The notes under the pieces are model-generated. The model made no database searches and was not told the DNA's origin. It worked only from the letters and a program-made list of their open reading frames with translations. A stretch of 57,103 nucleotides of DNA, from assembly GCA_964454305.1 (NCBI GenBank), contig CAYVXX010000001.1, positions 1 through 57,103 on the forward strand, read 5' to 3'. This document shows, piece after piece, positions 18,881-28,903 of this stretch; the stretch's first letter is position 1; the number at the start of each line of letters is the position of its first letter. The translations under genes and the position numbers were made by a program. Source of the DNA: an uncultured Syntrophales bacterium. GTDB taxonomy: Bacteria; Desulfobacterota; Syntrophia; Syntrophales; JADFWA01.

Positions 18881-19618
18881 CTAATTTTTATCTATATCAC
18901 TCCAATGTATAATTCTATTACAGTTAGGACATAATATCAAATCCTCAAATTTTTGCAATTCGTTGTACATCTGAGGAGGAATATTCATGTGACATCCACC
19001 ACAAACTCCATTCCACACCGAAACCACGGCAAGGTCGTTTCTCTTTTCCTTAATAATCTCATATTTTTTAACGAGATCTTTATCAATTTCTCTCCTCACA
19101 TCATCAATTTTCTTCTGACATGCTGAGAGTTCAGAATCGATAGAATTTATTGCCTGCTCAATCTCACTTCTTGCTTTTTCGTATTTCAAACGATAAGCGT
19201 TAAGTTCTTCTTCCTTACTTTTCAATCCTTCCCTTACGACATCTATTTCTTCCAAAATATAAATAGTCCCATCTTCGATCTCGCTGTTTTTTCCCTCGAC
19301 AGTTTCAATCTCTTTAAGCATAGCATGATATTCTTTGTTTGTTTTTATCTCCAGCAATCTATTTTTAGTCTTTTTAAGACTTTCGATACCTCTTTTAAGG
19401 CTTTCCTCTTTTTCTCTATGCATCACATTTAATTCTTCAAACCTTCTCCTTTCCTCCCCCACCTTGTCCTCAAAACTCTGAAATCCCTTATCAAGTTCGG
19501 CTATCTTATCCGGCAATTTCTCATTCTTCATTTTTATTTCTTTCATCTCTAAATCGTTTTTCTGAAGTTCTATTAATAATAATATCTGTTTCTTCAATAA
19601 ACTTCCTCCTTTATTCAT
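18881..19618 (-). CDS. Coiled-coil protein with a C4 zinc ribbon (DUF164/CT398-like)
   Basis: Long coiled coil followed by CGGCHMNIPPQ...CPNCNRII; typical neighbour of rnpB. Confidence 0.88.
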   Translation of the reverse strand: MNKGGSLLKKQILLLIELQKNDLEMKEIKMKNEKLPDKIAELDKGFQSFEDKVGEERRRFEELNVMHREKEESLKRGIESLKKTKNRLLEIKTNKEYHAMLKEIETVEGKNSEIEDGTIYILEEIDVVREGLKSKEEELNAYRLKYEKARSEIEQAINSIDSELSACQKKIDDVRREIDKDLVKKYEIIKEKRNDLAVVSVWNGVCGGCHMNIPPQMYNELQKFEDLILCPNCNRIIHWSDIDKN

Positions 19619-19633
19619 TTACGACTCATTTAC

Positions 19634-19665
19634 AAAAAAAAATGCACCAAATTGGTGCATTTTTT
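19634..19665 (-). terminator. Rho-independent terminator-like hairpin
   Basis: aaaaaaaaatgcaccaaattggtgcatttttt downstream of the tRNA. Confidence 0.6.
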
Positions 19666-19902
19666 ACGGAATGAGAATCTCCTGAACAGCATGATGTTTG
19701 CTTAATATCAGCCATATACAATCATTCACACACATTTCTATTTTATTACAGATATCCATTACCTGAAAAAGATGCTAAAGACATTCACTCACTCAACGTG
19801 GCTTTGAAAAATACAATACACTCTCTCGATCTACTCTTGGAACCACATCCCAAAAGCTTTTATAGAGCTTTTTCTATGTCCTGCGAAGCTCTCACCGAAA
19901 GA

Positions 19903-19978
19903 TGGTGGGCCCACCTGGGTTCGAACCAGGGACCTACCGGTTATGAGCCGGTGGCTCTTCCAACTGAGCTATGGGCCC
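19903..19978 (-). tRNA. tRNA with CAT anticodon, most likely tRNA-Ile2 (lysidine)
   Basis: GGGCCCATAGCTCAGTTGGAAGAGCCACCGGCTCATAACCGGTAGGTCCCTGGTTCGAACCCAGGTGGGCCCACCA; cloverleaf with encoded CCA; lies downstream of rpoD as ileX does in E. coli. Confidence 0.93.
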
Positions 19979-20212
19979 AAAGCACAAGACCTTTAAAACC
20001 TCCCTCAAAACGCACAGCAAGGCATAGCTGACAAATGTAATAGTGCTATCCCTTAACATTTCGAAGTTCCCTGCAGTTAATCACATAGAACTTCAATTTC
20101 ACTTAAAAATTAATATTTTATCAAATCCATCGGAGTTGGATTTCGAGATGTTTACAGATTTTGTAAACATTTAAGCTTATTTCTCAAAACAATTTGGTAA
20201 TTTATACTCATT

Positions 20213-21982
20213 CTAAATTTCTGTCAAGGTCTTATTTCGCTCCCGCTTTATTTCCCTTTTCCTGGAAAGATTTTTCACCTTCCTTAAAGCATTTGCCTCT
20301 ATCTCCTTGGTCAGCTCTATGGTTTCATCTAAATTATCCATCTCATCTTCCAGTTCATAATCCGCCCGTTCACCGATACCGAACCGCATTCTCAACACCT
20401 TTTCCTCCCTCGGTGTTAAAGTAGAAAGAATGCCCCTGGTATGTTCGGCAAGATTCATATTTATTGTAGCCTCCGAAGGAGACATAACTCCTTTATCCTC
20501 AATAAAATCACCTAGGTGACTATCTTCTTCCTCTCCTATCGGAGTTTCCAAAGATATAGGTTCCTTGGCAATCTTTAAGACCTTTCTTACCTTTTCCAAG
20601 GGAAACTCCATCTTATTGGCAATCTCATCTGGAGTCGGTTCTCGTCCTAATTCCTGAACTAAATACCTGGAAGTTCTAATGAGCTTGTTAATAGTCTCAA
20701 TCATATGTACTGGAATTCTTATTGTTCGTGCCTGATCGGCTATCGCTCTGGTTATAGCCTGTCGAATCCACCACGTGGCATAGGTAGAAAATTTATATCC
20801 CCTTTGATATTCAAATTTTTCAACGGCCTTCATCAATCCAATATTTCCTTCCTGAACAAGATCCAAAAACTGCAATCCTCTGTTTGTATATTTCTTGGCA
20901 ATACTTACGACCAATCTGAGGTTCGCTTCAACAAGTTCCTTTTTTGCCAGATTTGCTTTTTTCTCTCCCTGTTCTATCGAAAAGGCTATTCTCTTCAAGG
21001 AGTCTACCGTGAGGTCGGTATCTGATCTTATCTTTCTTATCTTGCTGCGGATCTCCCTTAGGACTTTTTCATATTTTTTCAGCGTTTCAACCGAAACCCC
21101 TATTTTCTTTGCAATTTGCTTTTCATTTTGGGGTTCTCTTCTCATCAAGATACATGTCCTTTCCAACACATTGAGTGACATACCAGTTTTCTCTTTACAT
21201 CTCAAAATATCCTTCTCAGCTTTTTTTATTTCATTAACATAAGCCTTGAACCTTAAAGCTATTCTGTTGATTTGATTTTTGTTAAACTTATTTTCTTTAC
21301 ATAGATTCATGATGTTTTTTGTATTTTTCCTTAATCTTAACTTCATTCTCTTCTGCTGAACATCATCAAGCCCTTTTTCCTTGAACTTCTTATAAAGAAC
21401 CTCATTTTTCTTGTTTATTGCTGCTATTTTATCAATAATCGAAAGTGCCTTCTCTTTGTACACCTCTTCTTCTACAAAACCATCTTCAACCTCAAGATTA
21501 TGGACAACATTTTTCACTCTAAACTCTCCACTCCTCAACTTAGCACCCATCTCTATTACATCTTTAATTGAAACCGGTACGCTGAAAATGGCGTCTATTA
21601 TTTCTTTTTCTCCTTCTTCTATTTTTTTCGCGATCTCTACCTCCCCTTCACGACTGAGCAGAGACACAAGGCCCATCTCCCGAAGGTACATTTTCACAGG
21701 ATCACCCGTCTTGGGAGGAACAGGAATGACAGTAACATAATCATTTTCTTTTGAATCAATATCCTCTTCAATCGTTTTTTTCAGGATTATTTTTTCACCC
21801 TTGTCGGTATCAATAATATCTATGTTCTTCTCGCCAAAGAGTATAATAATGTCATCTATCTGGTCTGAAGATATGACATCAGACGGCAAAATATCATTAA
21901 CATCATCATAGGTTAGAAAACCCTTTTCCTCACCTAATGTAATAAGTCTTTTCAACTCATCTGACTGTATTTTCTTTCCCAT
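20213..21982 (-). CDS. rpoD: RNA polymerase sigma-70 factor RpoD with an atypical region 4.2
   Basis: Region 1.1 ([13 protein letters not shown]), [41 protein letters not shown]; downstream of dnaG. Confidence 0.93.
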   Translation of the reverse strand: MGKKIQSDELKRLITLGEEKGFLTYDDVNDILPSDVISSDQIDDIIILFGEKNIDIIDTDKGEKIILKKTIEEDIDSKENDYVTVIPVPPKTGDPVKMYLREMGLVSLLSREGEVEIAKKIEEGEKEIIDAIFSVPVSIKDVIEMGAKLRSGEFRVKNVVHNLEVEDGFVEEEVYKEKALSIIDKIAAINKKNEVLYKKFKEKGLDDVQQKRMKLRLRKNTKNIMNLCKENKFNKNQINRIALRFKAYVNEIKKAEKDILRCKEKTGMSLNVLERTCILMRREPQNEKQIAKKIGVSVETLKKYEKVLREIRSKIRKIRSDTDLTVDSLKRIAFSIEQGEKKANLAKKELVEANLRLVVSIAKKYTNRGLQFLDLVQEGNIGLMKAVEKFEYQRGYKFSTYATWWIRQAITRAIADQARTIRIPVHMIETINKLIRTSRYLVQELGREPTPDEIANKMEFPLEKVRKVLKIAKEPISLETPIGEEEDSHLGDFIEDKGVMSPSEATINMNLAEHTRGILSTLTPREEKVLRMRFGIGERADYELEDEMDNLDETIELTKEIEANALRKVKNLSRKREIKRERNKTLTEI

Positions 21983-21998
21983 ATTTGTTCTCCCTGAT

Positions 21999-22057
21999 AG
22001 TTCTGGGTTTAAAGTTCAAAGTTCAAATCGAAACCTGGAACTCAGAACTTTGAACTC
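21999..22057. repeat. Inverted heptamer array (AGTTCAA/TTGAACT)
   Basis: aaagttcaaagttcaaatcgaaacctggaactcagaactttgaact; a similar array lies at 25312..25400. Confidence 0.6.
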
Positions 22058-23829
22058 TATAATAGCTCTTTTTCCTCTTTCAATAATTTTTCCTTTTCCA
22101 TTAAAAGGGTGTTCCATATTTTTTGATCATTCGTTTCCTGGGCTTTAACAAGTTCCCTATTTAAACTTTTACGTTTCCCCTTGTACCACTTCTGCTTTAT
22201 CCTCTTAACTGAATCATCAAAGACCCTGTCAATAACCGCATCATCATAGGGACTCTCAGTCATTGTTAACTTCAGGAGTCTCTCCCTTACAACTCCATCT
22301 TCAAGGCCATCTACAACATCAGAAACATTAAGTTTCCCATTCCTACCATAGGATTGCCCCAAGACATTTCCCAATCTTTTCAAATCATCACTCATAAAAT
22401 AATCTAACACTTTTCCATCTATAATTTCAGGAACCTTGAAAGGGTATTCCAGCATCATATGAATAAGGCCAAGTTCTATAACATCTACATATTTGTTTTT
22501 CTTCTTGCCTGATAGATCTTCTCCTGTAGCTTTTCGGGAACTTAGCTTCCTGTTTATCTCTCTTTTCAGGAGCCTTTGGTCAATACCCGATTTTTCTGAA
22601 ACTCTTTTTATGAAAAGATTCCTTTGGATTGTATCACCAATATTCGAAATAAATAATACTGCATCCATCACCGAATCCAGATTTTCTTCAAAGGTCTCCT
22701 TGCCCCCTATTATCTTCTCTATATAATAATCCACCATAGATTGAGAATGATCAACCGCTTTCTCCAATGCCTCAATTCCAAAACTCCTGACGTACTCGTC
22801 AGGATCATAACCATCAGGAAGGACTACTATCTTCGTGTTGAGATTTCCTTCAAGAAACAATTTCAGGCTACGCTCCAAGGCATTCTTCCCACCCTCGTCA
22901 GGATCAAACATCACTACGAGATTTTTCGTATATCTTCTGATCAGGGCTACGTGCTCTTTTGTGACGGCCGTCCCAAGAGTGGCAACAACATTAGAAATGC
23001 CGAAACTTCTAAGCGACAGGAGGTCTAAATATCCCTCAACAAGAATTGCATAATCCTTTTTTCGAATATCATCCTTGTTCCTGTTCAGGCCATACAGGAT
23101 TTTCCCCTTCACATATACTGGAGATTCCGGAGAATTCAGATATTTCGGCTCACCACTACCGATAACCCTTCCACCAAAGGCTACTACATTTCCACTTATA
23201 TCCTCTATCGGGAAAATCAACCTTCCCCTGAATCTGTCATAAAACCCTCCATTACTCTTCGGTATAATCAAACCTGCCTTTTCAACAAGTCCCAAAGGAA
23301 TATTTTCCCCTTTTAAAAATCTCTTTAGATATTCCCATCCATCCATAGAATATCCGAGGTTAAACTCTTTTATTACAGGATCTTTTATTCCCCTCTTTTC
23401 GAGATACCCTCGTACCACCCTTCCCGCCTCCGAAAAAAGGTTCTTCGAAAAATATTGAGCTGCCAGCAGGTTAACCCGCTTAAGTTCTTCCCTTATGCTG
23501 ATTTCCTTCTTTTCAGCACCACTCATATGCCTTGATTCGATAACAATCCCCATCTTACCGGCCAGGTGTCTCACTGCCTCGGGGAAAGACATGTTGTCAA
23601 TCTTCATAAGAAAGGTAAAAACATTTCCGCCTTCGCCACAACCAAAACAGTAAAAGATTTGTTTATCAGGATTTACAGTAAAAGACGGTTTTTTTTCTTT
23701 GTGAAAGGGGCATAAACCGGTAAAATTCCTTCCGGCCTTTTTAAGAGTAACATATCCCGAAACGAGACTAATAATATCTGCCCTGCTTCTTATCTCTTCT
23801 ATCTTATCCTCTGGAATATGTTCCTTCAA
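22057..23829 (-). CDS. dnaG: DNA primase
   Basis: CPFHKEKKPSF...CFGC zinc finger, PKYLNSPE, VEGYLD, DPDE TOPRIM motif. Confidence 0.96.
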   Translation of the reverse strand: MKEHIPEDKIEEIRSRADIISLVSGYVTLKKAGRNFTGLCPFHKEKKPSFTVNPDKQIFYCFGCGEGGNVFTFLMKIDNMSFPEAVRHLAGKMGIVIESRHMSGAEKKEISIREELKRVNLLAAQYFSKNLFSEAGRVVRGYLEKRGIKDPVIKEFNLGYSMDGWEYLKRFLKGENIPLGLVEKAGLIIPKSNGGFYDRFRGRLIFPIEDISGNVVAFGGRVIGSGEPKYLNSPESPVYVKGKILYGLNRNKDDIRKKDYAILVEGYLDLLSLRSFGISNVVATLGTAVTKEHVALIRRYTKNLVVMFDPDEGGKNALERSLKLFLEGNLNTKIVVLPDGYDPDEYVRSFGIEALEKAVDHSQSMVDYYIEKIIGGKETFEENLDSVMDAVLFISNIGDTIQRNLFIKRVSEKSGIDQRLLKREINRKLSSRKATGEDLSGKKKNKYVDVIELGLIHMMLEYPFKVPEIIDGKVLDYFMSDDLKRLGNVLGQSYGRNGKLNVSDVVDGLEDGVVRERLLKLTMTESPYDDAVIDRVFDDSVKRIKQKWYKGKRKSLNRELVKAQETNDQKIWNTLLMEKEKLLKEEKELL

Positions 23830-23955
23830 TACTCTTTACCCTTTATGACAGGCTTATATTAAACACAAAAGATTTGAGGAAGACCTTTGAAAAACATGAA
23901 AAGGGGTTTCTGATAGCAAATTAATGCTGCTGGAAATAAAACCAAATCATCAAAT

Positions 23956-24316
23956 TTGATGTATTCGTAAAAAGTGAAGCTCCCCGCCCGCATGGCGGGG
24001 CTTCCCGGTAAGGAATATGTTTTTTTAATTGCGGCCCCCTTGCGGGATGCGCTCCCGGTCAGTTTTACTCGCTCAGAGAGTATTTTGGGGATGCTGGTGT
24101 TACCTCGCTAAAAATCTAAAACTCGCACTTATACACTCAAACAATTAGATTTTTTAAACGTCAGGTACCATCATCATATTTTTCCCAAAATCCTCAAATT
24201 ACTTACGTGATTCTTCGAATTCACTCGCAAAAGACTTTTTACGAGACTGTCAAATTTCCTCCTTTAGAGATTTTGTCTTTGACCGGGAGCCCGCCCTGTG
24301 GGCGGGATGCTTCGCA
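23956..24316. mobile_element. Composite nest of MITE-like repeats
   Basis: TIR pair ttgatgtattcgtaaaaagt (23956) and gactttttacgagactgtcaa (to 24253); GAAGCTCCCCGC subtype-B copy at 23976..24061; inverted partial copy at 24280..24316. Confidence 0.65.
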
Positions 24317-24365
24317 TTCGCTTGAAGTGTGAACTTTTTCACTTATTAATTGTCTAACCTATACC

Positions 24366-24824
24366 TCAAGTAGATAGCTTTGCCTTTACCTTGTCACTTA
24401 CAATTTTCCCATCGGCCCTGCCGGTCAATCTTGGCATAACTACTTTCATAACCTTTCCCATATCCTTAATGCTGACTGCCCCAACATCTTCTATAGCTTT
24501 TTCTATTTCCGTTTCTATTTCCTCTTCTGATAACTGTTCAGGCATAAAAAACTGGACAACCGCAAGCTCTTTTTCTTCTTTTTCAACCAGATCTACTCTT
24601 CCACCCTTTCTGAACTGTTCTATCGAGTCCTTCCTCTGTTTCACAATAGAAGACAGCACCTGCAGTAACTCCTCATCATTTAATTCCCTCTTTAAATCAA
24701 TCTCTTTATTATGCAAGGCCGATTTAATCATACGTATAGCGGACAATTTTATCTTATCCTTGGCCTTCGCAGCTGAAACCATCTCACCGTTAATTTTTTC
24801 CTTCAAATTCACAATATCACCCAT
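24366..24824 (-). CDS. yqeY: GatB/YqeY domain protein
   Basis: KQRKDSIEQFRKGGR, KDMGKVM, GRADGK. Confidence 0.92.
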   Translation of the reverse strand: MGDIVNLKEKINGEMVSAAKAKDKIKLSAIRMIKSALHNKEIDLKRELNDEELLQVLSSIVKQRKDSIEQFRKGGRVDLVEKEEKELAVVQFFMPEQLSEEEIETEIEKAIEDVGAVSIKDMGKVMKVVMPRLTGRADGKIVSDKVKAKLST

Positions 24825-24946
24825 TTAATTATTAAAGAGGTTAAAGGTTCTAAAGTAGCTAAATTTTAGGCACTTAAACAGCTTTAGCTCACCTTGGGAA
24901 CTTTAAACTAATATATGAAGTTTTTTTAATTTGTCAATAACTATTG

Positions 24947-25291
24947 TCAGTTCAGCTCATCCTTCAATCTTCCACCTCCCAAAACATGCATATGAAGGTG
25001 AAAGATTATCTGCCCCCCTTCTTTATTACAATTTATAACCGTCCTGAATCCCTTCTTGTCAATGTTATTGATCTTCGCTACCTTCTGTGCAGCCGAAAAC
25101 ATAGCAACAAGTATATCCATTTTTTCCGGTGTCACATCCAGAAGCGTCGGGATATGGTCCTTTGGTATAATAATTACATGGACAGGAGCCATTGGATTTA
25201 TATCATTAAAGGCCAGCACCTTTTCATTTTCATAAACCTTGGTGCTTGGTATTTCACCATTGATAATTTTACAAAAGATACAATCTTCCAT
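24947..25291 (-). CDS. hinT: HIT-family nucleotide-binding protein (HinT)
   Basis: DCIFCKI, DINPMAPVH, HLHMHVLGG triad. Confidence 0.92.
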   Translation of the reverse strand: MEDCIFCKIINGEIPSTKVYENEKVLAFNDINPMAPVHVIIIPKDHIPTLLDVTPEKMDILVAMFSAAQKVAKINNIDKKGFRTVINCNKEGGQIIFHLHMHVLGGGRLKDELN

Positions 25292-25311
25292 CCTAATATC
25301 CCTCCGGGTTA

Positions 25312-25400
25312 TGAATTCAAAGTTTCGAGTTCAAAGTTCTGGATTCTGGCTTTCGGGTTTTGAGTTTAACTTTTAACTTTGAACTCTGAACCCGAAACTC
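25312..25400. repeat. Inverted heptamer array overlapping the hisA 3' end
   Basis: ttcaaagtttcgagttcaaagttctgg...ttttaactttgaactctgaacccgaaactc. Confidence 0.6.
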
Positions 25401-26112
25401 TACAAAGGGCATCCTCCAAACGCAACGCACCGCTATAGAGGGCTTTTCCAATGATAACCCCGACGACACCGAACCTCTCAATCTCAAGCAGTTTTTCAAT
25501 ATCATGAATATTTGATACACCACCAGAGGCTATCACCGAAATATCCACAGATGATGCAAGGTTTCTTGTAGCTTCTATATTTACACCAACTTCCATACCG
25601 TCTCTTTCAATATCAGTATACACGATTGCATCCAGTCCATATCCTTCATAACTCTTTGCCACTTCCAGAGCCGATTCGGTCATCCCTTCCGTCCACGCTT
25701 CAACAGCCACCTTTCCACCACTCGCATCAATGCCAAGAATAACTTTACCCTCGTTAGCTGTGCAGGCATCCATCACAAATTTTCTATCTTTCAGAGCAGC
25801 CGTTCCCAGTATGACCCTGTACACTCCTATTTCGAGGTAATCGTCGAGGGTTTTCATATCTCTTATCCCGCCACCAACCTGAACAGGAACATCTGTCTCC
25901 AAAATGATCTCTCTGATGACCTCTTTATTTCTGGGAAAACCAGCAAGAGAACCATCCAAATCAACAACATGAATCCGCTCTGCACCCTTATCCTGCCATA
26001 TTCTGGCAACCTCAACAGGATTATCCGAATATACCGTGGCACGACTAAAATCGCCCTGAAGCAGACGTACACACTTACCATCTTTTAAGTCTATTGCAGG
26101 TATTATGATCAA
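25366..26112 (-). CDS. hisA: ProFAR isomerase
   Basis: IIPAIDLKDGKCVRLLQGD, HVVDLDG, QVGGGIR, TDIERDG, IASGGV. Confidence 0.96.
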   Translation of the reverse strand: MIIIPAIDLKDGKCVRLLQGDFSRATVYSDNPVEVARIWQDKGAERIHVVDLDGSLAGFPRNKEVIREIILETDVPVQVGGGIRDMKTLDDYLEIGVYRVILGTAALKDRKFVMDACTANEGKVILGIDASGGKVAVEAWTEGMTESALEVAKSYEGYGLDAIVYTDIERDGMEVGVNIEATRNLASSVDISVIASGGVSNIHDIEKLLEIERFGVVGVIIGKALYSGALRLEDALCRVSGSEFKVKS

Positions 26113-26305
26113 ATTCGACTCCTTTGGGACATCACCAATCGTCCCTCTTCATCTTGATATGGGGGAACTAAGCGTGGAAAGATTGAAAGATTTACAATGT
26201 GTTCCTCTCTCCTTAACCTTATTACATCGGAGGAAAGGGAATTAGAAGGATGTCTATTCATCCCCGTGTACAACGCAGGTCATTCTGACATAATTTCATA
26301 AAATT

Positions 26306-26522
26306 GAAGCTCCCCGCAACAAGTTGCGGGGAAGCTCCAACTGTTTAGTAAGTTAGGAATTATTTTCTGCCAGAAAATAATTTTGTTAACGCATTTATCC
26401 CCTTTAGTGGGACTTATCCCGTTTATCGGGGTAAGGAAAATATTTTTTTGTCCGCTCGCTAACCCTGCCGCAAGCAGCGGGGAACAAAGTAATTAGAAGA
26501 ATACACTCGCTGCTCAGTTCAA
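26306..26522. mobile_element. Palindrome-ended MITE-like repeat (subtype A, longer copy)
   Basis: Near-identical to 18191..18344, followed by a second hairpin ccctgccgcaagcagcgggg. Confidence 0.75.
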
Positions 26523-26573
26523 GTGGAGTTTGAAGGGTATGCCCTCAAGGTAAAAATCTTTTTAGAGGTCTCT

Positions 26574-27284
26574 TTATTGCAGATCAGGAAAGTTTTTTAA
26601 GACCTCATCTATCCCCATTTCAGACAATTCCTCTGCAGTAATCCATCTCCCTCCATATTTAAAGAAAGATGAAGCCTGAAGAATATTTTCTAAAAGCGAC
26701 CTCTGCGTCCTGTCAAAAACACCTCTCCATACCAGTGTTCCATCGCTGACCCTGATCAAATATATACCAAAGGCTACGGAAGCGGGTTTCTCAGCAAAAT
26801 AGGGATATCCTTCTCTTTCTCTGTAGCGGTAGACATATCCCGCCACAACACCATCGGCACCCAGCTCTGTGCCAACTTTCCTTAATATTTCAAGTGGGGT
26901 CGCTTTGAGTGAATCAATGGATATTCTCCTGTAAACACCACCTACTCTGTCAGCAGGAATCAGGATAAATTGTTTGGAATCCTTGAGTTTCCTGAAAAAT
27001 ACCTTTTCAACTAACTTCTCAGCACCCTCTGAAGATTTACACGTCCTGAAGATTGTTCCACTAAGAGGACAACGAACGGTCTTGACAGAAGCTTCTTCTG
27101 GAATCACTATCTGAAAGGGAACAACTGCAATTCTATTCAAGACAACCGCACCCCTGCGAGAAGAATTTGTATCGATACCCGCTTTAGAAGTACAACCGGA
27201 AATGAAAAATGGGAGAAAAACAGACATAAAGAAGCATGACACCCATACAATAGCTTTTAAAGAACTCTTCTTGATGAGTATCAC
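26574..27284 (-). CDS. Putative lipoprotein of unknown function
   Basis: Hydrophobic leader with an ISGC lipobox; RIAVVPF and LGADGVVAG suggest a TolB-N/CsgG/LpoB-like alpha/beta fold. Confidence 0.65.
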   Translation of the reverse strand: MILIKKSSLKAIVWVSCFFMSVFLPFFISGCTSKAGIDTNSSRRGAVVLNRIAVVPFQIVIPEEASVKTVRCPLSGTIFRTCKSSEGAEKLVEKVFFRKLKDSKQFILIPADRVGGVYRRISIDSLKATPLEILRKVGTELGADGVVAGYVYRYREREGYPYFAEKPASVAFGIYLIRVSDGTLVWRGVFDRTQRSLLENILQASSFFKYGGRWITAEELSEMGIDEVLKNFPDLQ

Positions 27285-27294
27285 CCCCCCCCTG

Positions 27295-27385
27295 TTGAAG
27301 TGTCTAAAGTTTGAAGTGCCTAAAGTTAAAGATAATTATCCTTAACTTTAGTTCAATTTAGACACTTTAGATCACTTTAGGCACT
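27295..27385. repeat. Inverted short-period array (AGTGCCTAAAGT / ACTTTAGGCACT)
   Basis: tgaagtgtctaaagtttgaagtgcctaaagtt...gacactttagatcactttaggcact. Confidence 0.7.
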
Positions 27386-27394
27386 CTTTGTTAC

Positions 27395-27991
27395 TTACAA
27401 TTTACCCTTTGTTGAAAGCACACCTTTTATCCTGTCATCAATGGAAATTGACCTGTTCAGTGCCCGCGCAAAAGACTTGAAAATAGCTTCCGCTATGTGG
27501 TGGTTATTCCTACCATATATGACATTTATGTGCAAGGTTATTCCGCTATTATCAGAAAAAGACTTGAAAAAATCCCTGAGCAGATCTGGATCAAAATCCC
27601 CTATTTTTTTCTGGCTAAACTCCGCATTAAAAACAAGGTAAGGTCTCCCCGAAACATCCATATCGACTCTACAGAGGCTTTCATCCATTGGAACGACAGC
27701 CGATCCATAGCGACTAATTCCCTCTTTATTGCCCAAAGCCTTTTTTACCGCCTTGCCCAAACAGATCCCGATATCCTCAATCAGATGATGATAATCAACA
27801 TCGATATCTCCTCTCCCATCCAGAACAAGATCGAAAAAACCATGTTTTACCATAAGGCTAAGCATGTGATTGAGAAAAGGTATGGTGGTTGATATTTCAC
27901 CACTTCCTGTCCCATCAAGACTCAGATCAACTTTTATTTCTGTTTCAGCCGTCTTTCTCTCTACTTTAGCTTTCCTTACCATAATCAACAA
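27395..27991 (-). CDS. hisB: Imidazoleglycerol-phosphate dehydratase
   Basis: RKTAETEI, DYHHLIED, PMDE, NNHHIAE, STKG. Confidence 0.96.
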   Translation of the reverse strand: MLIMVRKAKVERKTAETEIKVDLSLDGTGSGEISTTIPFLNHMLSLMVKHGFFDLVLDGRGDIDVDYHHLIEDIGICLGKAVKKALGNKEGISRYGSAVVPMDESLCRVDMDVSGRPYLVFNAEFSQKKIGDFDPDLLRDFFKSFSDNSGITLHINVIYGRNNHHIAEAIFKSFARALNRSISIDDRIKGVLSTKGKL

Positions 27992-28030
27992 TCCTTTCAG
28001 ATAAGATGAATCTAAAAAATCGAGTTTTGG

Positions 28031-28903
28031 TCAGATAACCTTGTTAAGTGAATACTCTATAAACCCCTCAGCTCCGGCCTCTTGTAAGAGAGGGATTAAT
28101 TCCCTGACAATATCCTTGTCAACAATGGTTTCCACGGCAAACCAATCTTCACCATGCAACTCAGATATGGTAGGTGCCTTCAAAGATGGAAGCAAAAGGA
28201 TAACCCTCCCAAGATTTTCCCTGGAAACATTCAATTTCAATCCAACCTTACTCATGGCCCGGAGAGAACCGTCAAGAAGCACTCTTATATGCTCAATCTT
28301 CTGTCTCTTCCAAGTATCCGCCCACGCTTCTCTGTTTGCAATTAACTGAGTATTCGTCCTCATCAATTCATGGATGATTCTCAATTTGTTGGCCCTCAGG
28401 GTACTCCCGGTCTCAGTTACTTCAACTATCGCATCTACAAGACCTTCAACCACCTTGGCTTCGGTAGCTCCCCAGGAAAATTCTACCTCAACATTTATTC
28501 CCCTTTCTTTAAAATATCTCTTTGTAAAATTGACCAGTTCCGTTGAGATTCTTTTACCGTCCATGTCCTCTATTGTCTTTATTGGAGAGTCTTCTGTTAC
28601 AACCAAAACCCACCTTGCCTGTCTTGCTGAAACTTTTGAATAAATAAGGTCCTGAACTACAACAACATCCGACTCATTTTCTACGATCCAGTCCATACCG
28701 GTGAGGCCAAGATCAAGTGTGCCATCTTCAATATATCGCGCCATTTCCTGAGCCCTAACAAGGGCACAAGAAATGTCTTCATCGTCGATATCCGGAAAAT
28801 AACTCCTGCTGTTGTATGAAATTTTCCATCCGGCCTTTCCGAAGAGATCAACCGTACTCTTCTCCAGGCTCCCTTTTGGTATTCCCAATTTCAACTTTTT
28901 CAT
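28031..28903 (-). CDS. hisG: ATP phosphoribosyltransferase (long form)
   Basis: [34 protein letters not shown]-terminal regulatory domain. Confidence 0.95.
   Translation of the reverse strand: MKKLKLGIPKGSLEKSTVDLFGKAGWKISYNSRSYFPDIDDEDISCALVRAQEMARYIEDGTLDLGLTGMDWIVENESDVVVVQDLIYSKVSARQARWVLVVTEDSPIKTIEDMDGKRISTELVNFTKRYFKERGINVEVEFSWGATEAKVVEGLVDAIVEVTETGSTLRANKLRIIHELMRTNTQLIANREAWADTWKRQKIEHIRVLLDGSLRAMSKVGLKLNVSRENLGRVILLLPSLKAPTISELHGEDWFAVETIVDKDIVRELIPLLQEAGAEGFIEYSLNKVI

Noticed and set aside
18421-18934. Short ORFs on both strands
   Set aside because: They overlap the RNase P RNA gene.
19798-20031. 77-aa ORF
   Set aside because: It is antisense across the tRNA gene.
20290-20365. 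Frameshift as the cause of the odd RpoD C-terminus
   Set aside because: Anchor residues (DY.LE, D.T.E, IEA.ALRK, SR) stay in register with the canonical sequence, so the changes are substitutions.
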